A stretch of 64,000 nt of DNA from Corallochytrium limacisporum Hawaii (Eukaryota; Protista; Pluriformea), in assembly GCA_002811645.1 (NCBI GenBank), contig PDIP01000088.1, positions 62,001-126,000 of the forward strand, given 5' to 3'. Below the pieces are notes generated by a model, which ran no database searches, was not told the origin of the DNA, and saw only the letters and a list, made by a program, of their open reading frames with translations. A program made the position numbers and the translations under genes. Position 1 is the stretch's first letter; each line of letters begins with the position of its first letter. Positions 34,201-45,300 of the stretch are shown in pieces.

Positions 34201-35589
34201 ATGGAGGGATTTCAAGCCTTTGCAGAACAAAATCTGCGGGACTATCGCATGTTCCTTCGAACTCAGGAAGCCGCGGGTATGACATTCGTGGAGCGCCTCA
34301 ACATTGCTGAGATCGCCCTAGCTGCTGTGTTTGGGTACTTTGCTATATTCACACTGATCGGTCTTTGGAATCGATACACTCGCAGTCTCCTCTACGTCTC
34401 GCTGCCAGAGGTCGGCCGGTTGGAATGGTGCATGGCTACCACCCGCCTCATTTTTTCTCTGGTTATTTCCGCGCTGTCCGTACGAATTGTAGGCATGCAA
34501 TGGACGAATCTGCTAGACGATCCGGTCCGTGCCACAGTACCCATGGCACGGTTTCCTCTGTCACTGGCCGCCGGCTTTCTATTGGCCGATGCAGTCGCCC
34601 GCGCTGCCGCCTTCGATTTCATCGTTCGTAGCGTTGAATATGGAGCACTTCGTTCGAACGAAGATAACGACGGCAAGGCCGTTCGCCGCGCGGAACTGAG
34701 CAAGGAAATTACGCGCAATCTCTTCGGCATGGTCGGGTGCCTGATTGCTGCCTACAGTGACTACTTTGTATTGCCCGCGACCGCCCGGTTGCTGGGATTC
34801 ATTACTATGGGCATAGAAGTCCTGCTCTGGCGGTCTCTGCAGGTACCTGGTGCTGGTCCCAACAATTCTACTTTCTATGACGAGTCGATGGGATCAGGTA
34901 CCCACGGCAGGGATGATGTCGATCTCTATGATGAAGAGGAGGAGGACAGCTACTGGGAAGAGGAAAATGTCGATGGGGGACCGGGAGTGGGTGGTCCGGA
35001 CCGGGACGATGTTGACTCGGGTGTAGCGGGATCGCTACGAAAGCTGCGCAAAGGGGGAGTCGGCGGTCCGGGCACAGAGGGAGGTGACGGCACCGGAGCA
35101 GGCTCCACTGAAGACGTGCTCGACCTAGGCGGCACAATCACCGTCACCACCCGAATGTGGGCATTCCTGCTCTTTTTGAGCTACATATGCAACAATCTAT
35201 TCCCTTCAGGCATCCTCTGGCTGTGCCTGTTTATGGGCTACCGACCGGCACCACCCGCAGTCGTGGCCTTGTGCGCGACCGTTGCCGGATGCCTGGACAT
35301 GATCGTGCTGACATGGTTCCCGGGTACGGTCAAATTGGCACTTTTTGCTCTGCAGCCGGGAGATGCGGCCATGAACTTCCCGGAAATGGACGCAGGCGGT
35401 ACTGGCGGCGAGAACTTGGCCTCGGACACTCGGGGCTCGTACGGATCTATTGAAGAGAACGACCCGGGCGAGAGCTCGAGCGCGCAGATCCGGGGTCCGA
35501 GCAGCTCGGTGCGGAGACGTGGACTAGGAAGACGGGCCCCGGCAGCGGAAATTCGACGCAGTGGGTACAAAAGTGCTATAATTCATTGA
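34201..35589 (+). CDS. Divergent TLC (TRAM/LAG1/CLN8)-domain membrane protein, TMEM56/TLCD4-like
   Basis: Y.SL....LEW..., DPV, LAAGFLLAD match the TLC N-terminal half; several TM segments; acidic Gly-rich loop. Confidence 0.7.
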   Translation: MEGFQAFAEQNLRDYRMFLRTQEAAGMTFVERLNIAEIALAAVFGYFAIFTLIGLWNRYTRSLLYVSLPEVGRLEWCMATTRLIFSLVISALSVRIVGMQWTNLLDDPVRATVPMARFPLSLAAGFLLADAVARAAAFDFIVRSVEYGALRSNEDNDGKAVRRAELSKEITRNLFGMVGCLIAAYSDYFVLPATARLLGFITMGIEVLLWRSLQVPGAGPNNSTFYDESMGSGTHGRDDVDLYDEEEEDSYWEEENVDGGPGVGGPDRDDVDSGVAGSLRKLRKGGVGGPGTEGGDGTGAGSTEDVLDLGGTITVTTRMWAFLLFLSYICNNLFPSGILWLCLFMGYRPAPPAVVALCATVAGCLDMIVLTWFPGTVKLALFALQPGDAAMNFPEMDAGGTGGENLASDTRGSYGSIEENDPGESSSAQIRGPSSSVRRRGLGRRAPAAEIRRSGYKSAIIH

Positions 35590-35785
35590 GGGCTGTTGAT
35601 CAGTCGTTCGATCACGTTTTTGTGGAGGAAGTGATTGTGGTTTCAACGGTCTTCCGTTCATGACGCGTATATGTCTCGCTATCATTACACCACTAGGAAA
35701 TAGATCTCATGCTTTCTATTAATTCAGGTAAGTATGATATGTTCTGTATTTTCAAATGTGACAAAGTTTTCAAATTGGAACCCGT

Positions 35786-36349
35786 TTAAGCCGTCAATCC
35801 GTGGGTCTTGGCGTATTCTACACGGTGAGGGTTCTTGGCCTGGGGGCGGTTCAGAGCGATCCACTTGGGTTCTTCCTTAAACAGACGACGTGCCTTGATG
35901 TAGTTCTCAGTGTCCAGGGTGAAACGGTGGTAGATGCCAGCGGGAAGGACCAGCAGGTCACCGGGAGTCACCTTGATGCGAATCCACTTGTCGTCCTTGT
36001 CGCGCACATCAAAGTAGCCGGAACCCTCCAGAACGTAACGAATCTCCTCATCCTCGTGGAGGTGTTCCTCGTAGAAGGACTTGATCTTCTCCTCGTAGTT
36101 GGGCAGCCTCTCCTTGCTGACCGTGATCTCGTCCATGTTGGCGTACTCCCGGTTCTTTCGGAGCTTCTCGATCATCTCTTCCCGGTCCTCACCGTTGGCA
36201 GGGATAAACTCGTAGTAAACACCGACGGCATGCAGAGCCTCAATATCAGCGGGTACGTTGGGCTGCAACTTGTGCTCGAAGCGCTGGTCCTCTAGGTCCT
36301 CGCACATGTACCAGGCCTCGGGCACGCGCTGCTCCTGTACGGGTGACAT
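35786..36349 (-). CDS. ADI1: Acireductone dioxygenase (methionine salvage)
   Basis: AWYM, EKIKSFYEEHLHEDEEIRY..GSGYFDVRD..WIRI...GDL.VLPAGIYHRFT, RLFK.EP.W...NR. Confidence 0.96.
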   Translation of the reverse strand: MSPVQEQRVPEAWYMCEDLEDQRFEHKLQPNVPADIEALHAVGVYYEFIPANGEDREEMIEKLRKNREYANMDEITVSKERLPNYEEKIKSFYEEHLHEDEEIRYVLEGSGYFDVRDKDDKWIRIKVTPGDLLVLPAGIYHRFTLDTENYIKARRLFKEEPKWIALNRPQAKNPHRVEYAKTHGLTA

Positions 36350-36858
36350 GGTTTCTACCTCGTTGGTTAGTGCTTGAAATATAGTTCTATATAATGAAGA
36401 CACACAGATTTGCTGTCAGTTTCCGACCGTGTTGTCCCCATTGGCCTTAAATACCCGTGGGTGCTCCGTGCAATACAAAATACTGACCTAAGCACTGAAA
36501 GATAAAAAGGGCCCGTTTAGTAATGGGCTGGGCACCGATAGCAATTATCCTGCAACTTCTGCTGAAAAATTTGGAAAAACAGGGAAGCAAGATGCGTTGG
36601 CATGAAAATGGAAAGCAAGGGGTAACACCTGCACGTACCCAGAATGACAAACCTGTCCATCCACCCCCGGGAACACAAAAACGGAATAACCCGGGAGTGA
36701 TGGGTACAGGACAGGATTGGTGGTGGAGTGGGGGTGCCAAAGCAGTGTATGTCTTCGGGTAAGATTGGGTGCTGTTTCCGGACCGGGGAGAGAAGCCCTG
36801 GCATCAACGACAGCCGAAACGTGGCTCTCACAAAATGTGAAAAAAAAGCCAGTTCCAA

Positions 36859-36980
<122 letters not shown>

Positions 36981-37249
36981 ATTGGTTTTCCTTTTTTTTT
37001 TCCACTGCCGCCATCGCCGGTTGCGGCAGCAAAAGCCCCGAAGATTGGAAGCAGTGGGCCACAGGAAGACTGAGGACCCCCGCGGGGGGGGGGTGTGATG
37101 TAAGAAATCTCTGACTAAATGATCGTGCGGAGTAGCGCTCGGATGCGCATCTGAGCGAGTTGTAAGCGTGGCGAGCATGAAAGGGGCGCGCCCGCTTGAA
37201 CCGCAGCAAGCCTCTCTGCCTACCCTCTCAGAGCCGCAGACTGCACAAG

Positions 37250-38200
37250 TCCCAGCCTCACCCTAATTCATCACATCGCGTGCTCTCCATCAATGACCCG
37301 CATCAACCACAGCCTCTGTCATCATCCTAGAGGCCAGTACATAGATCTCAAGACTAATAATACGAGCATCCAACTGCCATGGCCTGTTTAGCATTCTTCA
37401 ATAAACATTGCAGTGCAATGTGGCGATGGTCGAACGGCTGGTTTGCACGGACCGAGAGGTAGGTGCCGCACACCTGAACCCTTGCCCCCCCCCCCACACT
37501 GGGCTTCCTGTATTCACCGGAAAATGCCTGCCGCGGTCTTCGGTATTTAAAGGGGCGGGATATAAAATTTGTGGAAAAATAAAAGAAAGAGAAAAGGGAA
37601 AAAACCAAAAAAAAAAAAGAAAGAAAAAACAGAAAGGGGTAAATTTGAACAATTTACAAACAGCGCCAGAGAGAGAGAGACCTCGCAAAGGCAAGGCAAA
37701 AGGGGGGGGGGTGTGAGGCCAGCCAAAAAATCCTGCGAATTTTTCCACAAAGCACGCGTCACCGGTGGGCGGGTGGGGCTTGTGCAGGGGGGGAAGCCAA
37801 GGCAGAGAGGGCGAGACCCGCGACGGTTAGCGCGCACAGAGCCAAACACGGCCCCGAGGGACACTGCGGGCTGGAGAGATGGATTAAATAGACTCCCGTT
37901 TATCGGTTGTTTATGTACTGCAGGTGGTATTCATAACCAGAACGTATATTGTATTAGGGCTGGTGCAAGAGGGATTTGGTATGGACAAGTATGGGGACTT
38001 TGGTCACTGAGTATACCCATATACGCTGAAGTAAGTATATATAATAATAGCGAGAACTTTGCGCAGGAAACAAAAAGACGTCGGTGGCGGGTCGGTCGGA
38101 ACCAGTGATGGCGCTACCAGCGGGAATCGGACTGCCAGGGTGGTTCTCTGTCTAGTCTGGCCTACGGGAAGGTGGAAGAGAGGCCTTTTCATCTTGGTGC
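37250..38200 (+). pseudogene. Decayed CNBD channel unit (S5 to CNBD), CNG-like CNBD
   Basis: LIHHIAC 37263-37283 (S5), QYI, LFSIL..NVAMVERL 37384-37440 (S6), LNRLPF, YCIRAGARG, YGQV, YAEVSIYN (ORF 37569-38108), SGNRTARV (ORF 38059-38271); compare CNG FGEISILN..GNRRTAN. Confidence 0.6.
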
Positions 38201-38423
38201 CTTGTAACGGTATACAAATCATAATGCTGCTATTGCTTGTCACAGGTAGTATAACAAATATGTTTATGTAGTAAGAATGATATGCTTATGTGAATGGAAA
38301 ATGGATGCAAGGGAATGATTGTGTGTGAATGAGTGAGTGAGTGTGTGCGCTTGTGCGTGTCGGTGTACATGCGGTGGCATGGCGAAAAAGAATTTTCAAG
38401 ATTGAGAACAAGTAATGGCACTT

Positions 38424-39020
38424 TCAAACCTCATGCGTAGCGTACTTGTTGGCGAAATTGTCCCGAACGTTGCGTGCATGGGCGCTCGCGGTGTGCATCA
38501 AGTTGTTCTTCTCATCTTTCATCAGGTCGATGACGTACTGCAGGCCAACCTTGGTTTGCTCGTACTGTGTCTTGAAACGTTCTAATCCGAAAGATTCGAC
38601 AATGGGGTGGAAGACAGAGATGCTACTGACAATTTTGGCCCGTGTCTCAGTCTCGGTCCATTGCCGGGGATTGTCGGGGTGCGGTCTGTACGTCACTGTC
38701 TCGCAGACGGATAGCACGTTCTTGTAAGTCAGGTTTTGTGTCGTGGTTTCCATGGTTTTGGCTTTGGAGTCGACGACAGATTTTTCGATCACCCACGCCT
38801 TACCGCCAGACACAAAGCGCTGCGCTACTGCGGGCACTTTCTTGGTCTTCAGCAGCAGGCGAGTACTGTACATTTTCCCTTCCGCTTCGTCTACCCGACG
38901 GTCCAAGAGATCTGTTGACAAAACATGACGCGAATGCGGATTGGGATATTTGCGCCAAAAGGCAGCGGTCACCTCTTCCCAGGGTGCCTTGTAGGTAGCC
39001 AAGCTTGAAAAGAATCGCAT
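38424..39020 (-). CDS. PRELI/Ups1 family mitochondrial intermembrane lipid-transfer protein
   Basis: PWEEVTAAFWRKYPNPHSRHVLSTD.LDR, TRLL.KT, IEKSVVD, T.NL, Y.PHPDN..WT, GLQYV. Confidence 0.93.
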   Translation of the reverse strand: MRFFSSLATYKAPWEEVTAAFWRKYPNPHSRHVLSTDLLDRRVDEAEGKMYSTRLLLKTKKVPAVAQRFVSGGKAWVIEKSVVDSKAKTMETTTQNLTYKNVLSVCETVTYRPHPDNPRQWTETETRAKIVSSISVFHPIVESFGLERFKTQYEQTKVGLQYVIDLMKDEKNNLMHTASAHARNVRDNFANKYATHEV

Positions 39021-39279
39021 TTTATTGTACAGTGAACTTAGTCAGCTTGGAGTTCACTTAGAGGAATGATCAACTTCAAAAAGACCCTAGGTAATATCAA
39101 ATTGGTTCGAACTGTGACCCAAATTGAAAGTCTCTATAATTTACAAGTCGTTCCAAATATGACCTCGGCCTATGGTGCTGATCCATAATGCTAAACACAG
39201 TCGTGAAAAACAGCAACTGAAGAACAAAAACCTCTTGTACCTTCAGACCAGTGGTGTAAATTTATTCGATCCATAATTA

Positions 39280-41055
39280 AATGTTAATATTTCCAACGCC
39301 AGCGGGACCGACATTATGTATCACAATCTTCATCACAGCCGTACATTTAATTGTCCACTTCAACGCAAAAGAAAGACAAACGTCCCAATTCCCAGTGAGC
39401 CAGCACCTCGAACCGCCCCCGTCCCTCCACACCTCCTCCCTTCCGCGGGTCTGTGTGGCCAATGGAACTGTGGAGACTACCCTCCCCTCTTGTGACCTTG
39501 TGGTGTGCGCAAAAAAAGAACCGGGCGGCCGAGAGAAAAAATCTCCCCTCCCACCCCCCATGTGAAGGGTCAGGAGAAATTAGCGTAGGCAGGTGAGAGA
39601 ATTCAGTGCCGTGGGTGGGGGAGTGTGTGTGTGTGGAGCGTGGTTCGGGTACTTTCACTACCGGGCAGGAATCTCCTGACGTGTAAGAAGGCGGAGGAGA
39701 ACCCCCGCAGGGGGGGGGATGCAAGTTGGAGCGGTGGGTTGTTTCAAAAGGGGGCCTAATTTTAGGAGGGGTGGTTGAGAATCGAGATATCCTCTCCTCC
39801 ACACAGAGAGAGAGAGAGAGTGAGAGACTTCTTGGACAATTCAAGGAAAAAGAAGGGGGGTGGCAGGGGGTTTTAAAAAACGTTGACGTTTGGTTAACCT
39901 TGAATTTTTGACTTCCTTTTGCTCCTTTTAATTTTTTATTGTCTGTCCCTTTTGTTTCATTGCGCAGAGCTTGGAGGCGGGTCGCGGCGCCTTCAGGAGA
40001 TTATCGCGGAACGGGAATCTTTCGCTACCGGTGCTTTTCTGTACCGGGCCCCCCCCCTTCCCTTCCTCTCCTTTCCCGTCACCAAGTTTCGGCAGAAACA
40101 CGGAGCGGGGCCCAATTCCTTTGGCCTTTGATCCTGCACCAAAAAAAAGAAAAGAAGAGCCGTTCTTCATCATCGGTCGGATCCCTCTGTTGTTCCATTC
40201 CATGGCGGTATGTACTATAATGCCTAAAGTAGCACTCACGTACGTCTGCACAGTGTGGAACCGTCGGGATGTAGAGACCTCGCTCTCAGGCATTATATCA
40301 GGCCCCGCCTTAGCCCAGGGGGGAGCGGCGGCGGGGTTTGCACCTCGTTTTCATGGCACATGCTTGCGGGCCCGTCCATACTAAATGTACTGTAAAACGA
40401 AATGTGGGTTTGGTGAGATAGTAAAGAAAAAATGCCGGACCGAGATTTTGCAGTGTGGCTCTGCGGGCAAAACCCCACCCACCACCAACCGAAGAAAGGA
40501 AAAAAAAGGGAAAGAGAAAGCAAGGAGGCAGGCAGGGATGGGGTGTTCCTCTCAACGCCCGGTCTGCGCTTGTTTTACGCACAATGGCAGAAACCGCTGG
40601 GTCCCAGGCCACCACCAACCAACGCACAAAACACACACACACAACCCGCGCCACCGCCGCCAAACTGCAGCACCCGGCCCTGTGCGTACGAAAACCCGCC
40701 CGTCCCACCCGGACCTCAACTCTGAACTCGCCGAATCTCGAGAATGTCGGGCAGTGCGGCTGGCGGCCGTGGCCTTTGCCTTTCTCCCCTTTCCGCTCCG
40801 GAGGCGAGGGAGTCTATTTTCTGTTAAATGTTAATGATAGTTTAGGGTATTCAGCTATTTGTGTGGGATGGGCTGCCTGGGCATTTCGTTGGGGGCTTTC
40901 CCCCCCCCCCCTCTCTTCCCCCGTGGAGGCGGGCACTGTGCACGGTGGCCGGCCGATCAGGCCGTCCGGACCGGGTCGGACTCGGTCCGACCGGGGGATT
41001 GACCCCACATGACATTGCTCCTTTTCTTTCTTTGTGGTATTTTCCGGAACCTTTC
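39280..41055 (+). pseudogene. Two tandem decayed CNBD channel units
   Basis: Unit 1: LIVHFNA (S5; ORF 39281-39565), GYFHY ~39647-39661, VLKNV, ESFATGAFLYR, GRIPLLF..CTI...ALTY...RRDVE..L (ORF 39971-40384). Unit 2: GFGEIV...TEI (pore; from 40385), GEGVYFLL, SPVEAGT, DI..FL...FPE (ORFs 40455-41012 and 40861-41058). Confidence 0.58.
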
Positions 41056-41259
41056 TGATTCTTGATCCTCATGCGCATTTTAAAATGTGTAGAACTGTAA
41101 AGCAATAAAAGCTCATGCGGTGATCCATGAAATGGATGAAGTGAAAGTTAACAATGGATAGGAAACAGAACGTTCATCACGGGATCCAGTGGATCCGACT
41201 CAGATCTCTTTTGTATAAATTAGGAATTGACACCAAACCAGACAGACACAGACATAATC

Positions 41260-42167
41260 ATGGTGGCCATCACAGAAGACGTTGTGCGTCGCGGTGCAGA
41301 GCACAACAATATGGAAATATGCACAGGCTGCGAAACAGGCCCTGGCCGCCAGCGACCTACGGTCATCGGTCGGCAATCAGTCCAGGAGCGGAGGTGCGGA
41401 ACTTGCCAAGAATCAGGAGATGGTAAGAAAACTGCGAGGCGTTGCCGCCGCCAATGGTGAGGTAGTTGATCCGGAGACCATCCCTTACACCCCAGAGTGC
41501 CGAGTGCTGCTGCATGATGCTCAACTTGGAGGACCACAAAGCCAAACATGCAGCCAGCGTGAACCAAGGATCAAGTGTCAATGGTGTGCAGGATGAGGTG
41601 CGGACAGATATCCAAAGAGCGGCTCACGGCCGTTACATGCTAAGGACGGACGTGTGCTGCAGCCCAACGAAGGAAGCTATCCCTTTCCATCGATACGGAC
41701 GAGCACGAATGCCGTCTGACGGTGAAATAGCCTAAATTTCTGGACACTACCGTAGTTGACATTGACATACAAGGACAAGGCACTAGTGCATACTTTGCCT
41801 GATGAAGTAAAGTCTGATAACTGCAAGGCACAACGATCAACCGCTACAGGCAGTCTGGTGGTATCCATGCCTTGGGCGAAGGGCACAATTATCGGCTACC
41901 GTCACGAAGCCGAACTGAAAGAGAAGGATGGACATACCCGAACGAAGCCCAAGACAACGAACAAGGGCAAGGGGAATGAGTATCTGGACAGTGGTATCGG
42001 CCACTTACAAAACACTGTGGATTACAAGAACATTGTTAAGGACTTGCGGGATTCGATCACGGGCACGATCGCACCCTTGGGCAAGCGTAATAGTCGGGCC
42101 GTTCAGAAGCCAGCGAAACCGTCCACGTCGACGACCCGGACGTGCCCCCCCCCTGGAATGTCAATAA
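41260..42167 (+). pseudogene. DNAAF11: LRRC6/DNAAF11 (tilB/seahorse) axonemal dynein assembly factor pseudogene
   Basis: Collinear fragments across frames: MVAITEDVVRRGAEHNNMEI (N-terminus), GCE/LA..DL/TVIG (LRR remnant; most LRRs missing), PYTPECR, DGRVLQPNEG, VK*PKFLDTTVVDIDIQ (in-frame TAG ~41728), KDKALVHTLPDEVKSDNCKAQRSTATGSLVVSMP (CS domain), DDPDVPP (C-terminus). Confidence 0.85.
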
Positions 42168-42369
42168 GGTACAAATCATTAAAAGGAAATCAGAAGACTT
42201 CTGATCGCAAAATTGACACACTCTTTCACCAAAAAAACTGTGACGTAGAGAGACTAGTCAATTCTAACCGGGACAATTGATAATCTTTAAGAAAAAAAAA
42301 ATGGGACAAGTGTTTCTTTCTGTATTGTCAGTCACGCCTCGGTTCCAGACCAGGTGCTACCAACCAAAA

Positions 42370-45300
42370 TCATTCGTGGTCGAGGGTGGAGTGGAAATGC
42401 TCAAAGTCGTGCTTCTGCCCGGGTTTGTGGCGGCCTCGGTCCCGATGAATCCGTTCCGAAGGACGTGCAGGGCGGCGACGGTCCCAGTAGCGCGTACTGT
42501 CATCACCCTTGTCAGTCGGAGATTCAGATACGGCGCCATCAACGTCACTGCCGGCACTGGTGCTGTTGGTGTCCTCATGTGTACTTTCCGCTGCGGATTT
42601 CTGGGCGCGGTCAAGTTCAATTTCATCCTCGATCATTCGGTCGCGCCAATTCCAATACTCGCGACGCAGGACCTCAGGGGGCGGCAGGCGATCGCCACTT
42701 TTGCGTGACTTGGCGTCACGGTAGACAATCCGGTCAAACTTTCCTTTCGTCAACGTCAGCCTCTGCCATGCTCCGGTCGGCATACACACGTCCATGTGCA
42801 TGTGGCCACCGCGTTTTATAGGGTCAAAGATCATACGCGGCCATAGCATACCTTGGTCTTGGTTCATCTGTTTGTGGTCGGTGGGCTTGCCTTTCTTAAA
42901 TATCATGTAGCAGAATTTGTCTTCAACGTGGCTTTGTGCCTTGACCTTGCGGCTGAGGACCTGCGGAGCGATTGGTCGAACCTTTTGCGTGCGGAAGCAT
43001 ATTTTCCGCCGCATGGTGCTGTCAAGCATGGCATCTTGCTCGGCCTCTTCCGCAAGCTTGGCCTCTTCTTCGCGCTGTAGCCGCTGCGCTTCCTGCCAGC
43101 GCCGCTCTGCATCAGCATCGTTGGCATCATTGTCGTCACCATCAGACCATTCAGAGCCACCATCATCTCCGCCGGCTTTGCGGCCGCCAACCGTCTTACC
43201 GCTGCCGACCAAATGCCCAAATGCTGCTTCGTGCTTGGCGTCTGCCTTGTGCGCTGATCGGGTGGACCGCCTGCGCTCCATTTGGCGCGATAGACCCTGC
43301 CCCGACAGAGCCAACGGACAAGCGTGCATGTGGGGGCACGGACCCACGACATGACCCTCCATTGAGGTACCTTCCAACCCGACCAATAGATCTCTCGCCC
43401 GCAGCGTGATGTCGGATCCCTTGTGATCCCCAAGCTCGACAATCACAAGGTAATCCTTGGTGCGGGACCAAAGCTCCAGGAATAGTTCATCGCGTTGTTC
43501 ATCGGAAGCTAGTTCAGACAGGGTATATGCAGCAATGACCAGGTCCTGGTCGCCAGGGTTGCCAAGGGGTAGATACTCACGGAAGAGTACGTTTGGCAGT
43601 GCCGGTACACGCGTTTGGGTCGAACCTGCCCACAGTTCGTACTGCGTGGCCTGTTCGCTGTTCTGTGGCCGCACAGCCGAATCCCCGCCGTTCTGTAACA
43701 ATGGATGGGATCCGGACGGTTCCATTCCGTTCGAACGGACCGGTGGGCTAGCATCGTTTCCAACCTGGCCCTTCTCGGCGAAGCTCTCTTCGTAGAGCCG
43801 GGCATCCTCGTCCGCGTCGACGGTAAAGAGCTGCTGGCTCAGGCTCAGCATCGGGGACGACGTATCGACCGCAGTGATGCGGGAGCTACCACGACGTAGA
43901 TGCTGACCCCAAATCTCGCGCAACGCCCACAATGCAGTGCCCGTGCCACTACCAATATCAAGGATGGAGCGCGGCATGAAGTCCGGGTCGCGGCTGGCAA
44001 TTTCCTTCAGCACACATAACGTAGCGGCGTATACCGGAGCCAGCATGCCGACGGCGTACGCAATGGACTCTCTCGGCCCGTAGTTCACAGTGTATACGCC
44101 CTGGGAGAGCAGTTTTTTGACGCGGCCGTCGATCTTCACTGGTTGGCCAATCTTTCCACCGCGATTCATCAGAAAGTCACGCAATTTCATTGTATCGTCA
44201 CGGAGCACACTGCCCTTGGATGGCGGCGTGTTGCCGAGAATTGAAAGGAGATTATTTGCCAGAGGCTTCGGCAATTCCACTGTCGAAAGAGCGTGACGGC
44301 CACGGTCACCTTTAAACGTGAGCTGCGCGAATCGACGTAATTCGCGCAGGCTCTCCTGGGCGGTAGCGGCCGGGAGAGCAACCTGTTCATAGAGCGAGGG
44401 ATCCTGACGCAACTGCTGGAGCATGTCCCACACGTCCATGTTGCGATGAGCTACGCCTGCTGGTTCAACACTATTGCCATCCTCAAGATCGATTGGTTCC
44501 AAAGTATCTACATCAATGTCTCTGTCGCCATCAGTGCCATCTTCCATAGCACCCAGGGCAAGATTTCCGTCCTCTGTGGCTGTGTTGTTCTCCTCATGGC
44601 CTAACGGCGGCAAAGAGTTGAGCGTTTTGGCCTGTTCATGACTTAGCAATGGGTTGTTGGTGGTGCTTCTTGCGTCCCTTTCTAGCGCTACCATTAGCTC
44701 CTCGGCATTCGCTATTCGTTGTCGCGTGTCCTCTTCAACGCGGCTCAGCTTCGTTCCAAAGTGTTGAATATATCGCTCTTCGAGTTCCACCGAGCGAGGC
44801 AATTTGTAGCCACGCCCCGTCTCCGGGTCTACAACATCTACCGTAGCCGGTACCCGCATCTGAACGTCGTGGGCCCACGGATGTCCATGGCGCAAATAAA
44901 TTGGCTTTCCCTTTTCCCGCGCAGGGCGCATCTGATCCAATCTCTCCGAAGTTAGCTTGGCGAGTTCTTCAGGAGTTTCCTGATGAACCATGGACTTTTC
45001 CGTGGACGTCTTCTGTTCTTCTGCCCAAGCCTTTAGCCTATCTGAAGTCTTACGCTGTTGGTCAAATGAACGTGGCATCACTTCGCCTTCTATAGTCTCG
45101 TTCATTGAACTGTCTGCTCCGGTGATATCTTCGCGCTCCTCCCGCGAAAGCCTCCGAGCATCATCGGCTTCGTACTTGCGTGCCACCAACCGTTCGCGTG
45201 CGATACGTCGAAGGTCTGTGGGGCTTGACAGCGACTGTTGCTCCAACCCTTCCTCAACATCTTGTTCAGTGGTGCCAAAGAAGCGCGGGTGGCCCTGCTC

